Positions 47,469 to 57,462 of a stretch of 64,000 nt of DNA are shown piece after piece (the first letter of the stretch is position 1; each line of letters starts with the position of its first letter). The position numbers and the translations under genes were made by a program. This DNA comes from Candidatus Spongiisociaceae bacterium (lineage in GTDB: Bacteria; Actinomycetota; Acidimicrobiia; Spongiisociales; Spongiisociaceae). The stretch lies in contig CBDCOH010000002.1 of assembly GCA_965219685.1 (NCBI GenBank), positions 3,808,001 to 3,872,000 on the forward strand, written 5' to 3'. The notes under the pieces were generated by a model. It made no database searches, was not told the DNA's origin, and saw only the letters and a list, made by a program, of their open reading frames with translations.

Positions 47469-50400
47469 ATGAACATTGAATCCCCGGGTCGTGGTCCGAG
47501 CAGCGTTGACGCCGAACACGAACGGTGGCGGCTGCACAGAGCCGGCATCGTCAACGTCTACCAGTACGAGAACGAGGTCCTGCAGTTCGGCGGCGGTCGC
47601 CTGCTCCTGCGCGGTGTGAACGGTTCGGGCAAGTCGACCGCGATGAACATGTTGCTGCCGTTCCTGCTGACCACCCGCCAGGCCCGCATCGATGCGGCCG
47701 GCGAGCAGCGGGGGATCCTCAAGTCGTGGATGCTCAGCGGACGCGACGACGCCCAACCCGTCGGCTACCTGTGGATCGAGTTCGAGCGGGCGGACCGTTA
47801 TCTCGTGTGCGGTTGCGGCATCAAGGCCAACCGGCGGTCCGACACCGTGAAGACCTGGTGGTTCGTCACTTCGAAGCGTCCCGGCATCGACTTCCGGTTG
47901 GTCGAGGGAGGCGGTGTACCCCTGTCGGCTACCCGCCTGCGTGCGGCGCTGGATCCCGACGAGGTTTTCGGCGAGCGCCGTCGCAGAGACTACCGGCGCA
48001 CGATCGAGGAGAGACTCTTCGATGGGGCGTCGATCAGCCAGCACATGCGGCTGATCGACCGGGTACGCACCCCGCGTGTCGGTGACCGGATCGATCTCGA
48101 CCTCCCTGCCTATCTTGTCGACGCGCTGCCGCAGCTTTCCGAGCAGGCGTTGGCTGAGGCTGCCTCTCCGCTCGACGACTTGGAGGAGCACCGGCGTAAC
48201 GTCGCCGAACTCCAGAGGACCTCTGAAGCGATTGGCGGCCTTCTCGACGTATACCGCTCGTACTGCCTCAGCGAGCTACGGAAGTATGCCGCGACCGGTC
48301 GCGACCGGCTCGACAACCTGCACGCTTGTGTCCGTCGCGAGAAGGCCCGCCGGAAGGCCGCCGAAGTGGCCGCGTCCGAGGTTGGGCGGCTCGACGATGC
48401 GATCGGCGGCCTCGAGGAGGACACACAGCGCCTGCGTAGCGAGATCGCCGCTCTCGAGGAATCGCGCGTCTACCGCTCGGGCCAGAAACTCGATGCTCTG
48501 CGGGATCTCGTAGCCAACCTCACGGGCCAGCATGAGAGGTCTCTTGGACGGGTCGCCGGCTGCAGAGCGCGAGTCGAGACCGAGACGGAACAGTTGGCAC
48601 AGGCGCAGAAGCGCAGCGAGTTCGACTTGGACCGGCTCAACGACGAGTTGGCGACAGCCTCCGAATTGAGTGAACGCAGCAAGCTCGTCTGGCGACCGGC
48701 CGGACCCGTAGCGGTTCCCACGGTCGAGTTGGAGAGCATCGAGGCCACCCAGCCCGCCGGTGAGCTTCGCACCACTGACACCGACCGGGGGATTGCTGCG
48801 GCGGACGGCGCGATCCTCCAGCGGCGAACGGACATCGACGACGTGGAAAGGGCGCGAACATGCTTCGACGCCGCCGAACAGGCCCTCCAACGGACCGAAT
48901 CCGAACGCAAGGCGATGGAGGTCGCTGCTCGACGCGCCGCGGAGCGACTGCAGGAACGTACCCGGCGTCTCGTAACGCTGCGGCAGGAATGGGTTGCCGA
49001 CACCCTGGTCTGGGCATCCCAAGTCCGCCCCTTGATGGAGAAATCCGGCGTCTTGGCGCCGGCAGTCGCCGCTGCGTCCGCTGGCCGCGACAGCGAGGAG
49101 CAAACCTTCGCCGACGACCATGACGCCGTGCGTGACCGCTTGCTTCGGGAGGTCGGCCACCTTTCCGAGCATTGGCGGAACGCCGTGGCAGAGATGGATC
49201 GTCGACTGTCGGAGGAACGGGCCGCCGTGGAAGAGGCGGAGGCGGTTGTCGCCGAGTTGGAGGAACGGACCGGGCTCGATGCGCCACTCCTCGGTTGGCA
49301 GAACACGGTAGACCACTGTCTGGCCGACCTCCTCGACTTCAAGCCGCACATCGCCGACAAGGAGCGCGCCGGCATCGAGGCCGCTCTCGAGTCATCCGGG
49401 GTTCTCTCCGCGCGCCTGGTAGATGGCGCCACCGCCGAACTGGCGAGCGGCGAGTTGGTCGCCGTCGTGACGGGCGGTGTACCGAGTCCCCTGAGCGACT
49501 ATCTCAACGTCGCGATTCCGGATCGGCTCATCGGGGAAGTCGACGAAGGTATGGTTGCCAAGCTGCTGGAGTCGATCTCGTCGGACGCGCGGAGCGATGC
49601 GGCGACGGTCATCGCAACCGACGGGTCATTCCGGGTCGGCTCCCTGCGTGGTCGGCATTCCAAGGAACGAGCGGAGTTCATCGGCGCGGCCGCCCGGTTG
49701 GCCGCGCTCGATCGAGCCAGGTCGGAAGCGGCCGAACTGCTGCTTCAAGCCAGAGCCGTCGTCACCGATAGCGAGGTCCGGCGAGCCGAACACCGGTCAG
49801 CACTCGACGAGGTCGAAAGCCATCGAGCCGCTTTGCCCTCCACCGGCGAGCAGGTCAAAGCGTACGCGGAAGTGGAAGCGGCCTCCGGCGCCTCAGCCAT
49901 TGCCGAGGCCGAGAGGGAAGTGGCGGCCGAGCGGGTTGCCGAGGCGGAACGGGCTGCGGCAGGTGCGTGGGACGCCCTCCGGCGGGTGGCTACGACGCTC
50001 TCGCTTCCCACCGACCGCAGCGATCTGGACGCGGTTCGCGAAGGACTGCGCGATCTGCGATCGGTTCTGGACCGATGCCGTTCGCTTCTCGAGGTCTTGA
50101 AACGGTCCGTCGAACACTGGCGGAGCACGGTCGAGCGCACGCGAGCGGTCACCGACGAACTCCGCTCCGAACGAGACATTGTGGTCGCTATCGAGGCCGA
50201 ATTGGGGCGTGAACGAGCCCGCCTCGCCACCATCGAGAAGAGCATCGGAGTGGAATACGCAGTGGTCGTCTCCGAACGCGACCGACATAAAGGAGACTTG
50301 GAAGAGGCCGAGACCCGCCTGCCCGAGACCCGTCGCGAGCGTGACCGGGCTGTCGGGCTACGTGCGGAATCACAAGCCGCGGCGACCGGTGCCACTAAGG

Positions 50401-51581
50401 AGCGCATAGAGGCGGAGCAGCTGTGCGAGGCGATGCGGCAATCTTTTGCGAAAGTACTGGATATGCCGGGATTCCTCGCCGCTGTGGCCGATGCTGACGG
50501 ACATGCCGGGCAGATCGTCGCTCGATCGGTAGGGTCCGAAGGTCTGCGCGAGGTGCTTCCGGCAGTCGAGCGCTTCCTTACCGACGACCCGGTAGAGATA
50601 ACAAGTGCCGACAGCGTACGTCAATCGTTGATGCGTCGCCGAGACACTCTTGGGGCCGGTTGGGACGCCGAAGCGCGCCGGCCCGATCCTGCCTTGCCCC
50701 TCCTCATCGAAGTGAACGGGCCTCTGGGGAGGGCGCCATTGTCGGACTCGGTGACGGTGGTCTCGCAGCAGCACCGGCAGCTGGCAAGCTTGCTGGACCG
50801 CAAGCAGAGCGATGCACTGCGCGGGCTCCTGCAAGGCCTCATCGCCCGGGAGATCGCCGAGAAGATCCATGGCGCGAGGCGCTTGGTGGAGCTGATGAAC
50901 AAACGGCTCGATCCCGTTACGACCGCGCACCGGGTGGGTGTCAGACTGCGTTGGCGCCGCTCTCCAGGGCTCGGGCATGCGACCGCGCGGATGGTCGACC
51001 TGTTCGCGAGACTGCCCGATCTGCGGACCGAGGAGCAGGAGCTCGAACTGCGCCGAGCGCTGTCTGATCTTCTCGACGATGCACGGGCGTTACACCCTGA
51101 CCTCCCGTACCGGCAGCTCATAGCCGACACCCTCGACTACAAGAAATGGCACGAGATGTCGGTCATGGTTCGACGGTCGGGCGCCAGGGAGACCAAGCTC
51201 GGTCGCAGGACACCGCTGTCCGAAGGAGAGAAGAAGCTCGTCACCTACCTTCCTCTCTTCGCCGCCGTGGCTGCGTCGTACGATGCTCTGGCAGAACAGA
51301 ACCGCGTACCCGAGCATGCGCCCGCGGGTATCGCCCGGTTCGTCCTGCTGGACGACGCCTTCGCCAAGGTGTCCGCGGACAACCACGCCGCTCTGTTCGG
51401 GTTGCTGGTCGATCTCGATCTCGACTTCGTGGCAACCAGCGAGCGACTCTGGGGTACACACCGGACGGTGCCCGAGCTGGCGATCACCGAGGTCGTTCGC
51501 GATGCCGGACTCAGTGTGATCCTGCTGGAGCACTACCGGTGGCATGGCGTCGCGGAACTCGAACGGTGTGGGGCGTCATGA
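47469..51581 (+). CDS. jetC: Wadjet type II SMC-like ATPase (TIGR02680-like)
   Basis: Walker A LLLRGVNGSGKS, long coiled coils, signature LSEGEK, and Walker B VLLDDAFAKVS. Confidence 0.9.
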   Translation: MNIESPGRGPSSVDAEHERWRLHRAGIVNVYQYENEVLQFGGGRLLLRGVNGSGKSTAMNMLLPFLLTTRQARIDAAGEQRGILKSWMLSGRDDAQPVGYLWIEFERADRYLVCGCGIKANRRSDTVKTWWFVTSKRPGIDFRLVEGGGVPLSATRLRAALDPDEVFGERRRRDYRRTIEERLFDGASISQHMRLIDRVRTPRVGDRIDLDLPAYLVDALPQLSEQALAEAASPLDDLEEHRRNVAELQRTSEAIGGLLDVYRSYCLSELRKYAATGRDRLDNLHACVRREKARRKAAEVAASEVGRLDDAIGGLEEDTQRLRSEIAALEESRVYRSGQKLDALRDLVANLTGQHERSLGRVAGCRARVETETEQLAQAQKRSEFDLDRLNDELATASELSERSKLVWRPAGPVAVPTVELESIEATQPAGELRTTDTDRGIAAADGAILQRRTDIDDVERARTCFDAAEQALQRTESERKAMEVAARRAAERLQERTRRLVTLRQEWVADTLVWASQVRPLMEKSGVLAPAVAAASAGRDSEEQTFADDHDAVRDRLLREVGHLSEHWRNAVAEMDRRLSEERAAVEEAEAVVAELEERTGLDAPLLGWQNTVDHCLADLLDFKPHIADKERAGIEAALESSGVLSARLVDGATAELASGELVAVVTGGVPSPLSDYLNVAIPDRLIGEVDEGMVAKLLESISSDARSDAATVIATDGSFRVGSLRGRHSKERAEFIGAAARLAALDRARSEAAELLLQARAVVTDSEVRRAEHRSALDEVESHRAALPSTGEQVKAYAEVEAASGASAIAEAEREVAAERVAEAERAAAGAWDALRRVATTLSLPTDRSDLDAVREGLRDLRSVLDRCRSLLEVLKRSVEHWRSTVERTRAVTDELRSERDIVVAIEAELGRERARLATIEKSIGVEYAVVVSERDRHKGDLEEAETRLPETRRERDRAVGLRAESQAAATGATKERIEAEQLCEAMRQSFAKVLDMPGFLAAVADADGHAGQIVARSVGSEGLREVLPAVERFLTDDPVEITSADSVRQSLMRRRDTLGAGWDAEARRPDPALPLLIEVNGPLGRAPLSDSVTVVSQQHRQLASLLDRKQSDALRGLLQGLIAREIAEKIHGARRLVELMNKRLDPVTTAHRVGVRLRWRRSPGLGHATARMVDLFARLPDLRTEEQELELRRALSDLLDDARALHPDLPYRQLIADTLDYKKWHEMSVMVRRSGARETKLGRRTPLSEGEKKLVTYLPLFAAVAASYDALAEQNRVPEHAPAGIARFVLLDDAFAKVSADNHAALFGLLVDLDLDFVATSERLWGTHRTVPELAITEVVRDAGLSVILLEHYRWHGVAELERCGAS

Positions 51582-53131
51582 CGACGGACCAGAAGGTGTC
51601 CGGCAGCGATTCGGCCCGGGCCCGGCAGCTGTTCCGGTATCTGGGCGGTGAGGAGTGGCACGAGTACCGGACGATCCTGCGGGTGTTCGCGGGCACGTTC
51701 TTCGCCGAGTTCACGCCGGAAGAGGTGTCTACCGAGGCCATCGTCGCCGACGCCGGGATCGACCCCGCCGTGGTTCCGGATCGGTTGGAGAGCCTCCGGC
51801 GATGGGGGAACCTCACCGTGTCGTCCTCGGTCGGCAACCCTTCCAGTCTCGACGACTACTACCGCAGACGTAACCGCTACCTGATCACCCGGGCCGGACA
51901 AGAGGTGTACGACTTGGCCGAACGCGTATTGACCGGAATCGACGAGATCGCCGACGTGCAGGCGGGCCGCCTTCGTGACCTACACCGCGCCCTGACCGAT
52001 CTTGGGGACTACGGCGACGTTGGATTCGACCATCTGGACGCCGAGCTTCTCACCGACCGGGTTCGAGCCGTGTTCGATCTCCACGAACGATTCACCACCG
52101 AGCTGACCCAGTTCTTCGCCGAACTCAACCTGTGGCAGAGCCGCTACGACCTGAATGCCGACGAGGTTCAGCTCTTCGCGGGCGTCCTGGTCACCTACGT
52201 TTCCGAGCAGCTCCGGGAAGTAGAACGCATGGCACGTCCTATCTCAACGAGCCTTGAGCGGATACTTCCCCGACTGGCGGTGCTGACACCGGCTCTCCGG
52301 TCCGGCCTGGCCGGCCGGGTCGACGGTGCCGGCCTCGCGGGGAAGGTGAGTGTCCGCAGGTTGCCCGGGACGAGCGCCGGCGACTGGGAGTATCTGGCGG
52401 CGTGGTTCGTGGCGGTCCCGGGACGCAGATCACGCTTGGATCAACTCACTCGGCAGGCAGTGGCCGCGGTACGCACCCTTACCGCCAACGTCACGAGGCT
52501 GTCGCGCGTAGGGCTCGGCGCGGTGTCGAGGCGCTCCGATTTCGTCCGTCTCGCCGGGTTCTTCGATCAGGCCGCTTCCATCGGTGAGGCGCACGAGATC
52601 GCCGCCGCGGCCTTCGGACTCGGATCGTGCCGCCGTCTCGGGATGCGGTCGGCCGACGTCGACGACCCCGTTCCCACCGGGACCCCATGGCGGGATGCGC
52701 CCCGGGCACTGGTCCCTGTGCAACTCCGGACCCGCGGGGACACTGCGCAGCGGGGTGTGGCGACACCGATTCGCGACCGGCGGGAAGAACGCGATCTGCT
52801 CCGCCGGCGTCGCGAGCGGGAACGTGCCGAACGCGACGCAGCCGCCCGCGAGCTGCTGTCATGCGCCGCCGAAGACGGCTCGTTGAACGGTGCGTCAATG
52901 TCGGTCGCCTCCTTCTCGATGCTGCGCGATCTCATCAGCCGATCGCGATTCGCTACGGCTATCGGGATCGACCTCCGGAGCGCAACTCACGCGGGGGTTC
53001 GCTGCGAGGTTCGTTCGGTCGACGGTGCGGAAACGGCTGTCGACTGTCCGGAGGGCCGGTTAGTGATGATCGACCTCGTCGTCACGGTCGTGGCCGCCGA
53101 ACAGCCCGATACTTCCGGTGCAGCAGCATGA
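51578..53131 (+). CDS. jetA: Wadjet type II JetA (TIGR02677/DUF2397-like)
   Basis: LFRYL..EYR.IL..F, LESLRRWGNL, YLITRAG, SRRSDFVRLAGFF; ATG overlaps the jetC stop. Confidence 0.82.
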   Translation: MTTDQKVSGSDSARARQLFRYLGGEEWHEYRTILRVFAGTFFAEFTPEEVSTEAIVADAGIDPAVVPDRLESLRRWGNLTVSSSVGNPSSLDDYYRRRNRYLITRAGQEVYDLAERVLTGIDEIADVQAGRLRDLHRALTDLGDYGDVGFDHLDAELLTDRVRAVFDLHERFTTELTQFFAELNLWQSRYDLNADEVQLFAGVLVTYVSEQLREVERMARPISTSLERILPRLAVLTPALRSGLAGRVDGAGLAGKVSVRRLPGTSAGDWEYLAAWFVAVPGRRSRLDQLTRQAVAAVRTLTANVTRLSRVGLGAVSRRSDFVRLAGFFDQAASIGEAHEIAAAAFGLGSCRRLGMRSADVDDPVPTGTPWRDAPRALVPVQLRTRGDTAQRGVATPIRDRREERDLLRRRRERERAERDAAARELLSCAAEDGSLNGASMSVASFSMLRDLISRSRFATAIGIDLRSATHAGVRCEVRSVDGAETAVDCPEGRLVMIDLVVTVVAAEQPDTSGAAA

Positions 53132-54249
53132 CTGCCGATCTGGAAGCCTGCGAGGCAGCGCGTCACCTCGTCGCGTATCCGCTGGTACTCGCCGAACGTC
53201 ATCCCGAGGCTTTCCGTCTCATCAGGCGGTACGAGCACACGCTGGACCGATGGTTCACCCAACGGTTCGGATACCGCCTGCAGGTCACGGCCGACACCGC
53301 CCGCCTGTTCAAGTCCGGGATCGTGGCCGGCCGGCGTCCCCTCCCGACGGCAACCGGCCAGAGCCGGCCGTTCTCGCAACGGGAATACACGATGCTGGCT
53401 CTCACGCTGGCCGCGGTCGCGGCGGGACCGGACGTGATCAGCCTCCGGGACCTCGTCCACGAGATCCGGTCGATGGCGACTGACGCGGGCGTCACCTTGA
53501 CCGGGGAAGCTGCAGATCGCCGCGCTCTGATAACCGCCCTGCGCTGGATGATCCGCAACGGTGTGGCGACCGAGTTGCACGACCGCATCGACCGCTATAT
53601 CACCGACCATTCGGCCGACGCGGTGCTCGAGGTCCGTCCTGACCGGGTGGCGCTCCTGCCGCTTCCGGTGCTGGCGCGATCGCGGACAGTGCAGGAACTG
53701 GCTGACCGGTCCGAGCGCAGACGGATGTCGAGGCAGTGGATGCGGTCGATACTCCTGGAAGAGCCGGTCCTCTACCGCACCGACCTGACCGGCGACGAGT
53801 GGTCGGAACTCAGACGTAGGCTCGGCGAGGAGTCGACGATCTTCGACAGCATGTTCGGACTGGAACTCGAGGCGCGCGCCGAGGGTGTCATCGTGGTCGA
53901 TCCGGACGGCGGGCTGACGGACAGCCGCTTCCCGCGCGGCGGCACGGTGGGCCATGCCGCTCTCCTGCTCATCGACGTTCTTGTCAAGACGGACCGGACA
54001 TCCTTCGATCGGAGCGAGGTTGTAGATGCAGTCTCGACCCTGGCGAATATGCACCGCCGGTTCTGGTCGCAACTGGCCGACCGTCCGGATCGCCTCACCG
54101 CTGCGGTGCTGGACCTACTCCAGGACCACCGCCTCGCCGAGGTAACCGGCGACTCCGTCCGGCTCCTTCCCGCCGGCTGGCGATACTCCGTCGAGATCGT
54201 GCACCCGGAGGACGGAGACACCAGTATCCGGCAGATGGCGTTGGTGTGA
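53128..54249 (+). CDS. jetB: Wadjet type II JetB (TIGR02678/DUF2398-like)
   Basis: AARHLVAYPLV, WFTQRFGYRL, LLEEPVLYRTDL, LEARAEG and FPRGGTVGHAALL. Confidence 0.82.
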   Translation: MTADLEACEAARHLVAYPLVLAERHPEAFRLIRRYEHTLDRWFTQRFGYRLQVTADTARLFKSGIVAGRRPLPTATGQSRPFSQREYTMLALTLAAVAAGPDVISLRDLVHEIRSMATDAGVTLTGEAADRRALITALRWMIRNGVATELHDRIDRYITDHSADAVLEVRPDRVALLPLPVLARSRTVQELADRSERRRMSRQWMRSILLEEPVLYRTDLTGDEWSELRRRLGEESTIFDSMFGLELEARAEGVIVVDPDGGLTDSRFPRGGTVGHAALLLIDVLVKTDRTSFDRSEVVDAVSTLANMHRRFWSQLADRPDRLTAAVLDLLQDHRLAEVTGDSVRLLPAGWRYSVEIVHPEDGDTSIRQMALV

Positions 54250-55481
54250 CGGAGCGCCCGGTTCCCGACTCGCTCCTGGAGACGGGCCTGGCGCCGGTGT
54301 GGGAGGCGGCGCGCAGGTATCTCGACCGCTTCGGGACCCGGCGGCGCGGCACGGTCGCCCGACCTCTTCTGGACCCCGACAGCACCCTCACGCTGCAATC
54401 TCTGCTCGGGCGAAAGCCGACCACCCGTCTCGATCTTGCCGAACTCGAGAGGACGCTCGCAGGCCTCAGGATCAGCGAAGACCTATCCGGCGCGCTGACC
54501 AGACTGGGCTACCCACCATCTGAAAGGGCAGCGATGCGGCGCGCCGAACGGGAGCGTTCCCGCGCGTCCCGCGTCGAGTTGGACAGCGCTATCTCCTCGT
54601 GGGAAGAGCCATGGGCGCGTCGATGGGCCGAGGAAGTGGCTAGCTCAGGACTGCTGGGCCGCCTCGACGGCGCGGCTGTCAAGGGCCTGGTGACGGATGT
54701 ACGGCGCCTCCTCGATCATCTTGATCACAAGAAGCCTTCAACTGTCAGCCGCACCGAGCTAGCTGCCTCGCTCTACGGATCCGCCCATGCACTTGATGAA
54801 GGAACGAAGCTAGCGGGGGCCTTAACTCAAGCGTTGCGCTACCTGGGGCAAGGGTTCCAACTCGAAAGACGTGCACTCTGGGAGGCGGCCGGAATTCTGG
54901 CGAACCGCGTTTCCGCGCCCGCACTCACCTGGTCCTTACCGGTACTGGGGGAATCGGCGCTCGACGAGCAAATCCGGTCGGCTTCAGCGGGAGGGCTCCC
55001 CCTCCACATAAGCCTGCTGGCTCTACAGAAGTACCCTGTCACTGTCCCTCGCGACTATCCGGTCCTCGTTGTCGAGAACCCGCGACTCGTCGAGGCCGCG
55101 TCCGAACGGCGGCTGCCGAACTGTGTCATCACGTCGAATGGGAATCCCTCCACCGCGGTTACGACACTGCTACAACAGTTGCGCGACTCGGGGGCCTCGA
55201 TCTGGTACCACGGCGACTTCGATGCTGCCGGTATCGGGATCTGCCGCCGGATGTACGACGACGGCGCTACACCGTGGATGATGGACGCGTCGGACTACGA
55301 AGCTGCTTTGGAACGGGCCGAGCGGGCAGGCATACGACTCGATCACGACTCCAACGACTGCGGCGACACCCCATGGGATCCCGATCTACAAGCCGCCTTC
55401 AGGCGGCGAGGCCAACGCATCATCCACGAGGAGTTCGTCCTCGAAAGTGTTCTCGGCAGGTTCAGCGAGGAGTCGCGGTAG
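54246..55481 (+). CDS. jetD: Wadjet type II JetD TOPRIM nuclease (TIGR02679/DUF2399-like)
   Basis: AHALDEG, VVENP, YHGDFDAAGIGI, TPWDPDL and IHEE. Confidence 0.85.
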   Translation: MTERPVPDSLLETGLAPVWEAARRYLDRFGTRRRGTVARPLLDPDSTLTLQSLLGRKPTTRLDLAELERTLAGLRISEDLSGALTRLGYPPSERAAMRRAERERSRASRVELDSAISSWEEPWARRWAEEVASSGLLGRLDGAAVKGLVTDVRRLLDHLDHKKPSTVSRTELAASLYGSAHALDEGTKLAGALTQALRYLGQGFQLERRALWEAAGILANRVSAPALTWSLPVLGESALDEQIRSASAGGLPLHISLLALQKYPVTVPRDYPVLVVENPRLVEAASERRLPNCVITSNGNPSTAVTTLLQQLRDSGASIWYHGDFDAAGIGICRRMYDDGATPWMMDASDYEAALERAERAGIRLDHDSNDCGDTPWDPDLQAAFRRRGQRIIHEEFVLESVLGRFSEESR

Positions 55482-55491
55482 CCGTTGTCCC

Positions 55492-56514
55492 TCAAAGGGG
55501 ATGGGTCGATGCCCGCAGGACGAGGGTTGTAGGCAGCACTATGCGACGGGGGAGCTTCTCCGGATCCTCGAGGCGTTCCAGCGCGAGGAGGGCGGCCGAA
55601 CGACCGATCTGCGCCACGTCCCGGTCGATCACCGTCAAGGGCGGGTTGTGGAGCTCCGACAGCGGTACATCGTCACAGGAGACGAGCGCGATATCGCGTC
55701 CGGGTGTGAACCCCAGCCGCTGCAAGCTGCGCAGGACTCCGGTCAGGAGTTGATTGCCTCCGACGATCAGAGCGGTTGGAGGTGACGGTCCGCTGAATAT
55801 CGCGGTCGTGGAGCGTTCCCCGAATTCGGGGGCGAAACCGATCGGCCGGACCAGATCCTCGGGGTACGGAAGGCCGGACTCCTGAAACGCCTCGCGAAAG
55901 GCCTTCACCCGTCGCTCGGAGGGCCTGACCTGCAAAGGTCCCGTCAGTAGCGCCACCCGTTCGTGACCGAGCGACAGAAGATGTCTGGTTGCCTGGCCCA
56001 TCCCGCTGCCGTGGTCGGTCTCGACGATGGAAGCGCGTTCCAGTCCGTCCACCTCCCGGTCCAGCAGGACGATCGGTCCGCGAAACCTGCGCAGCTCCTC
56101 GATGAGGTCCTCGCGTGTCTGATCGGCGAGCGAGACGATCATGGCGTCGACCTGGCGGTGTCTCAGCAGGCGGGCCATTTCGGCGTCCCGTTCGGCGTCG
56201 CTGCTCGACGTTGTGATCACCGCCGCGTAGCCCTGCCGGCTTAACTCGTCCTGGGCGGCCGTGACTATGGAACCGAACAGCGGGTTGCGCAGGTCCGGAA
56301 CGATGAATCCGACCGTGCGGCTGGTGCCTCTGCGGAGGCTGGCCGCCAGCAGGTTGCGCTCGTAGCCGAGCTCCGCGATCGCCTCGAGTACCCGGGACCG
56401 CATGCTCTCGCTCACGTCCGGGTGATCGTTCAGCACGCGGGACACCGACGAGAGAGCCACCCCTGCCCGCCGGGCGACTTCCTTGATCGTGGGCCGCGAT
56501 CCGGACGGAGTCAT
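55492..56514 (-). CDS. LacI family transcriptional regulator
   Basis: TIKEVARRAGVALSSVSRVLN, VPDLRNPLF, and C-terminal LVLRAST. Confidence 0.93.
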   Translation of the reverse strand: MTPSGSRPTIKEVARRAGVALSSVSRVLNDHPDVSESMRSRVLEAIAELGYERNLLAASLRRGTSRTVGFIVPDLRNPLFGSIVTAAQDELSRQGYAAVITTSSSDAERDAEMARLLRHRQVDAMIVSLADQTREDLIEELRRFRGPIVLLDREVDGLERASIVETDHGSGMGQATRHLLSLGHERVALLTGPLQVRPSERRVKAFREAFQESGLPYPEDLVRPIGFAPEFGERSTTAIFSGPSPPTALIVGGNQLLTGVLRSLQRLGFTPGRDIALVSCDDVPLSELHNPPLTVIDRDVAQIGRSAALLALERLEDPEKLPRRIVLPTTLVLRASTHPL

Positions 56515-56647
56515 AGGAGTCCCTTCGCAACCGGATCGTTAGTGAACGGACGAGAAACCATGGCGAGACAAAGCCACACGGACATATGTTCCGACATTCT
56601 ACGATACGGGCGGGCGACGCCTCAGGCTGTCGATCCGAACCTGCGCA

Positions 56648-56689
56648 CAGTCACCAGTCACCAGTCACCAGTCACCAGCCACCAATCAC
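56648..56689. repeat. Heptamer tandem repeat (CAGTCAC) x~6
   Basis: Starts at the 3' end of the minus-strand SDR gene. Confidence 0.85.
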
Positions 56690-57381
56690 GTCATCACCCA
56701 TCCGCCGTTTACATCGATGGTGGCTCCGGTGATGAAGGAGGCCCCGTCGCCGGCCAGAAAAGCAACCACGCCGGCGATCTCCTCGGGTTGGGAGGCTCTG
56801 CCCAGCGGGATCTGGCTGTTGTACAGGGCTTTCAGGTCGTCAGGGACGTGGCTGGTCATGAAGCTGTCCACGAACCCCGGCGCCACCGCATTGGCCGTCA
56901 CGCCGTACGGTCCGTAGTTGCGGGCGAAGTTCTTGGTAAGGGAGATCATCGCCGCCTTGGTGGCGTTGTACACAGCCGAGTCCGACACCCCTCCCGTCCG
57001 GGCGCCGACGCTGGAGATGTTGATGATCCGTCCCCAGCCGCGATCCTTCATTCCTTCCACCAGGCCTCGGCAGACGAGGAAGTTGGCCCGGAGGTTCACC
57101 GCGATCGTGTAGTCGAACTCGTCGATGGTGAACTCGGGGATCGGCTTGTGGAAGAAGATGGCGGCGTTGTTGACCAGCACATCCACCTCTCCGGCCTCGG
57201 CGACGAGGCGCTCGCACTCCGCCGGATCGGACAGGTCGATCTCGATGTAGAGATCCGAGTGGTCGTGTTCGTGCTCGATGATGTCGGCGCCGACCACCGC
57301 CAATCCGTCCTTCTTGAGCGCCCGGCAGATGGCCGCGCCTATCCCGCGTGCCGACCCCGTGACCAGAGCCGTCCTCCTCAT
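56686..57381 (-). CDS. SDR family oxidoreductase
   Basis: TGSARGIG, NNAA, YNATK and DVNGG motifs. Confidence 0.9.
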   Translation of the reverse strand: MRRTALVTGSARGIGAAICRALKKDGLAVVGADIIEHEHDHSDLYIEIDLSDPAECERLVAEAGEVDVLVNNAAIFFHKPIPEFTIDEFDYTIAVNLRANFLVCRGLVEGMKDRGWGRIINISSVGARTGGVSDSAVYNATKAAMISLTKNFARNYGPYGVTANAVAPGFVDSFMTSHVPDDLKALYNSQIPLGRASQPEEIAGVVAFLAGDGASFITGATIDVNGGWVMT

Positions 57382-57388
57382 CGCGCCA

Positions 57389-57462
57389 TCACCATTCACC
57401 ACTCACCATTCACCACTCACCACTCACCACTCACCACTCACCACTCACCACTCACCACTCAC
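57389..57462. repeat. Heptamer tandem repeat (CAYTCAC) x~10
   Basis: Fills the gap between the amidohydrolase stop and the SDR start. Confidence 0.92.

Noticed and set aside
51146-51577. Extended N-termini of jetA (and jetB from 52627)
   Set aside because: They overlap the upstream genes by hundreds of bases; ATGA-coupled starts at 51578 and 53128 are more plausible.
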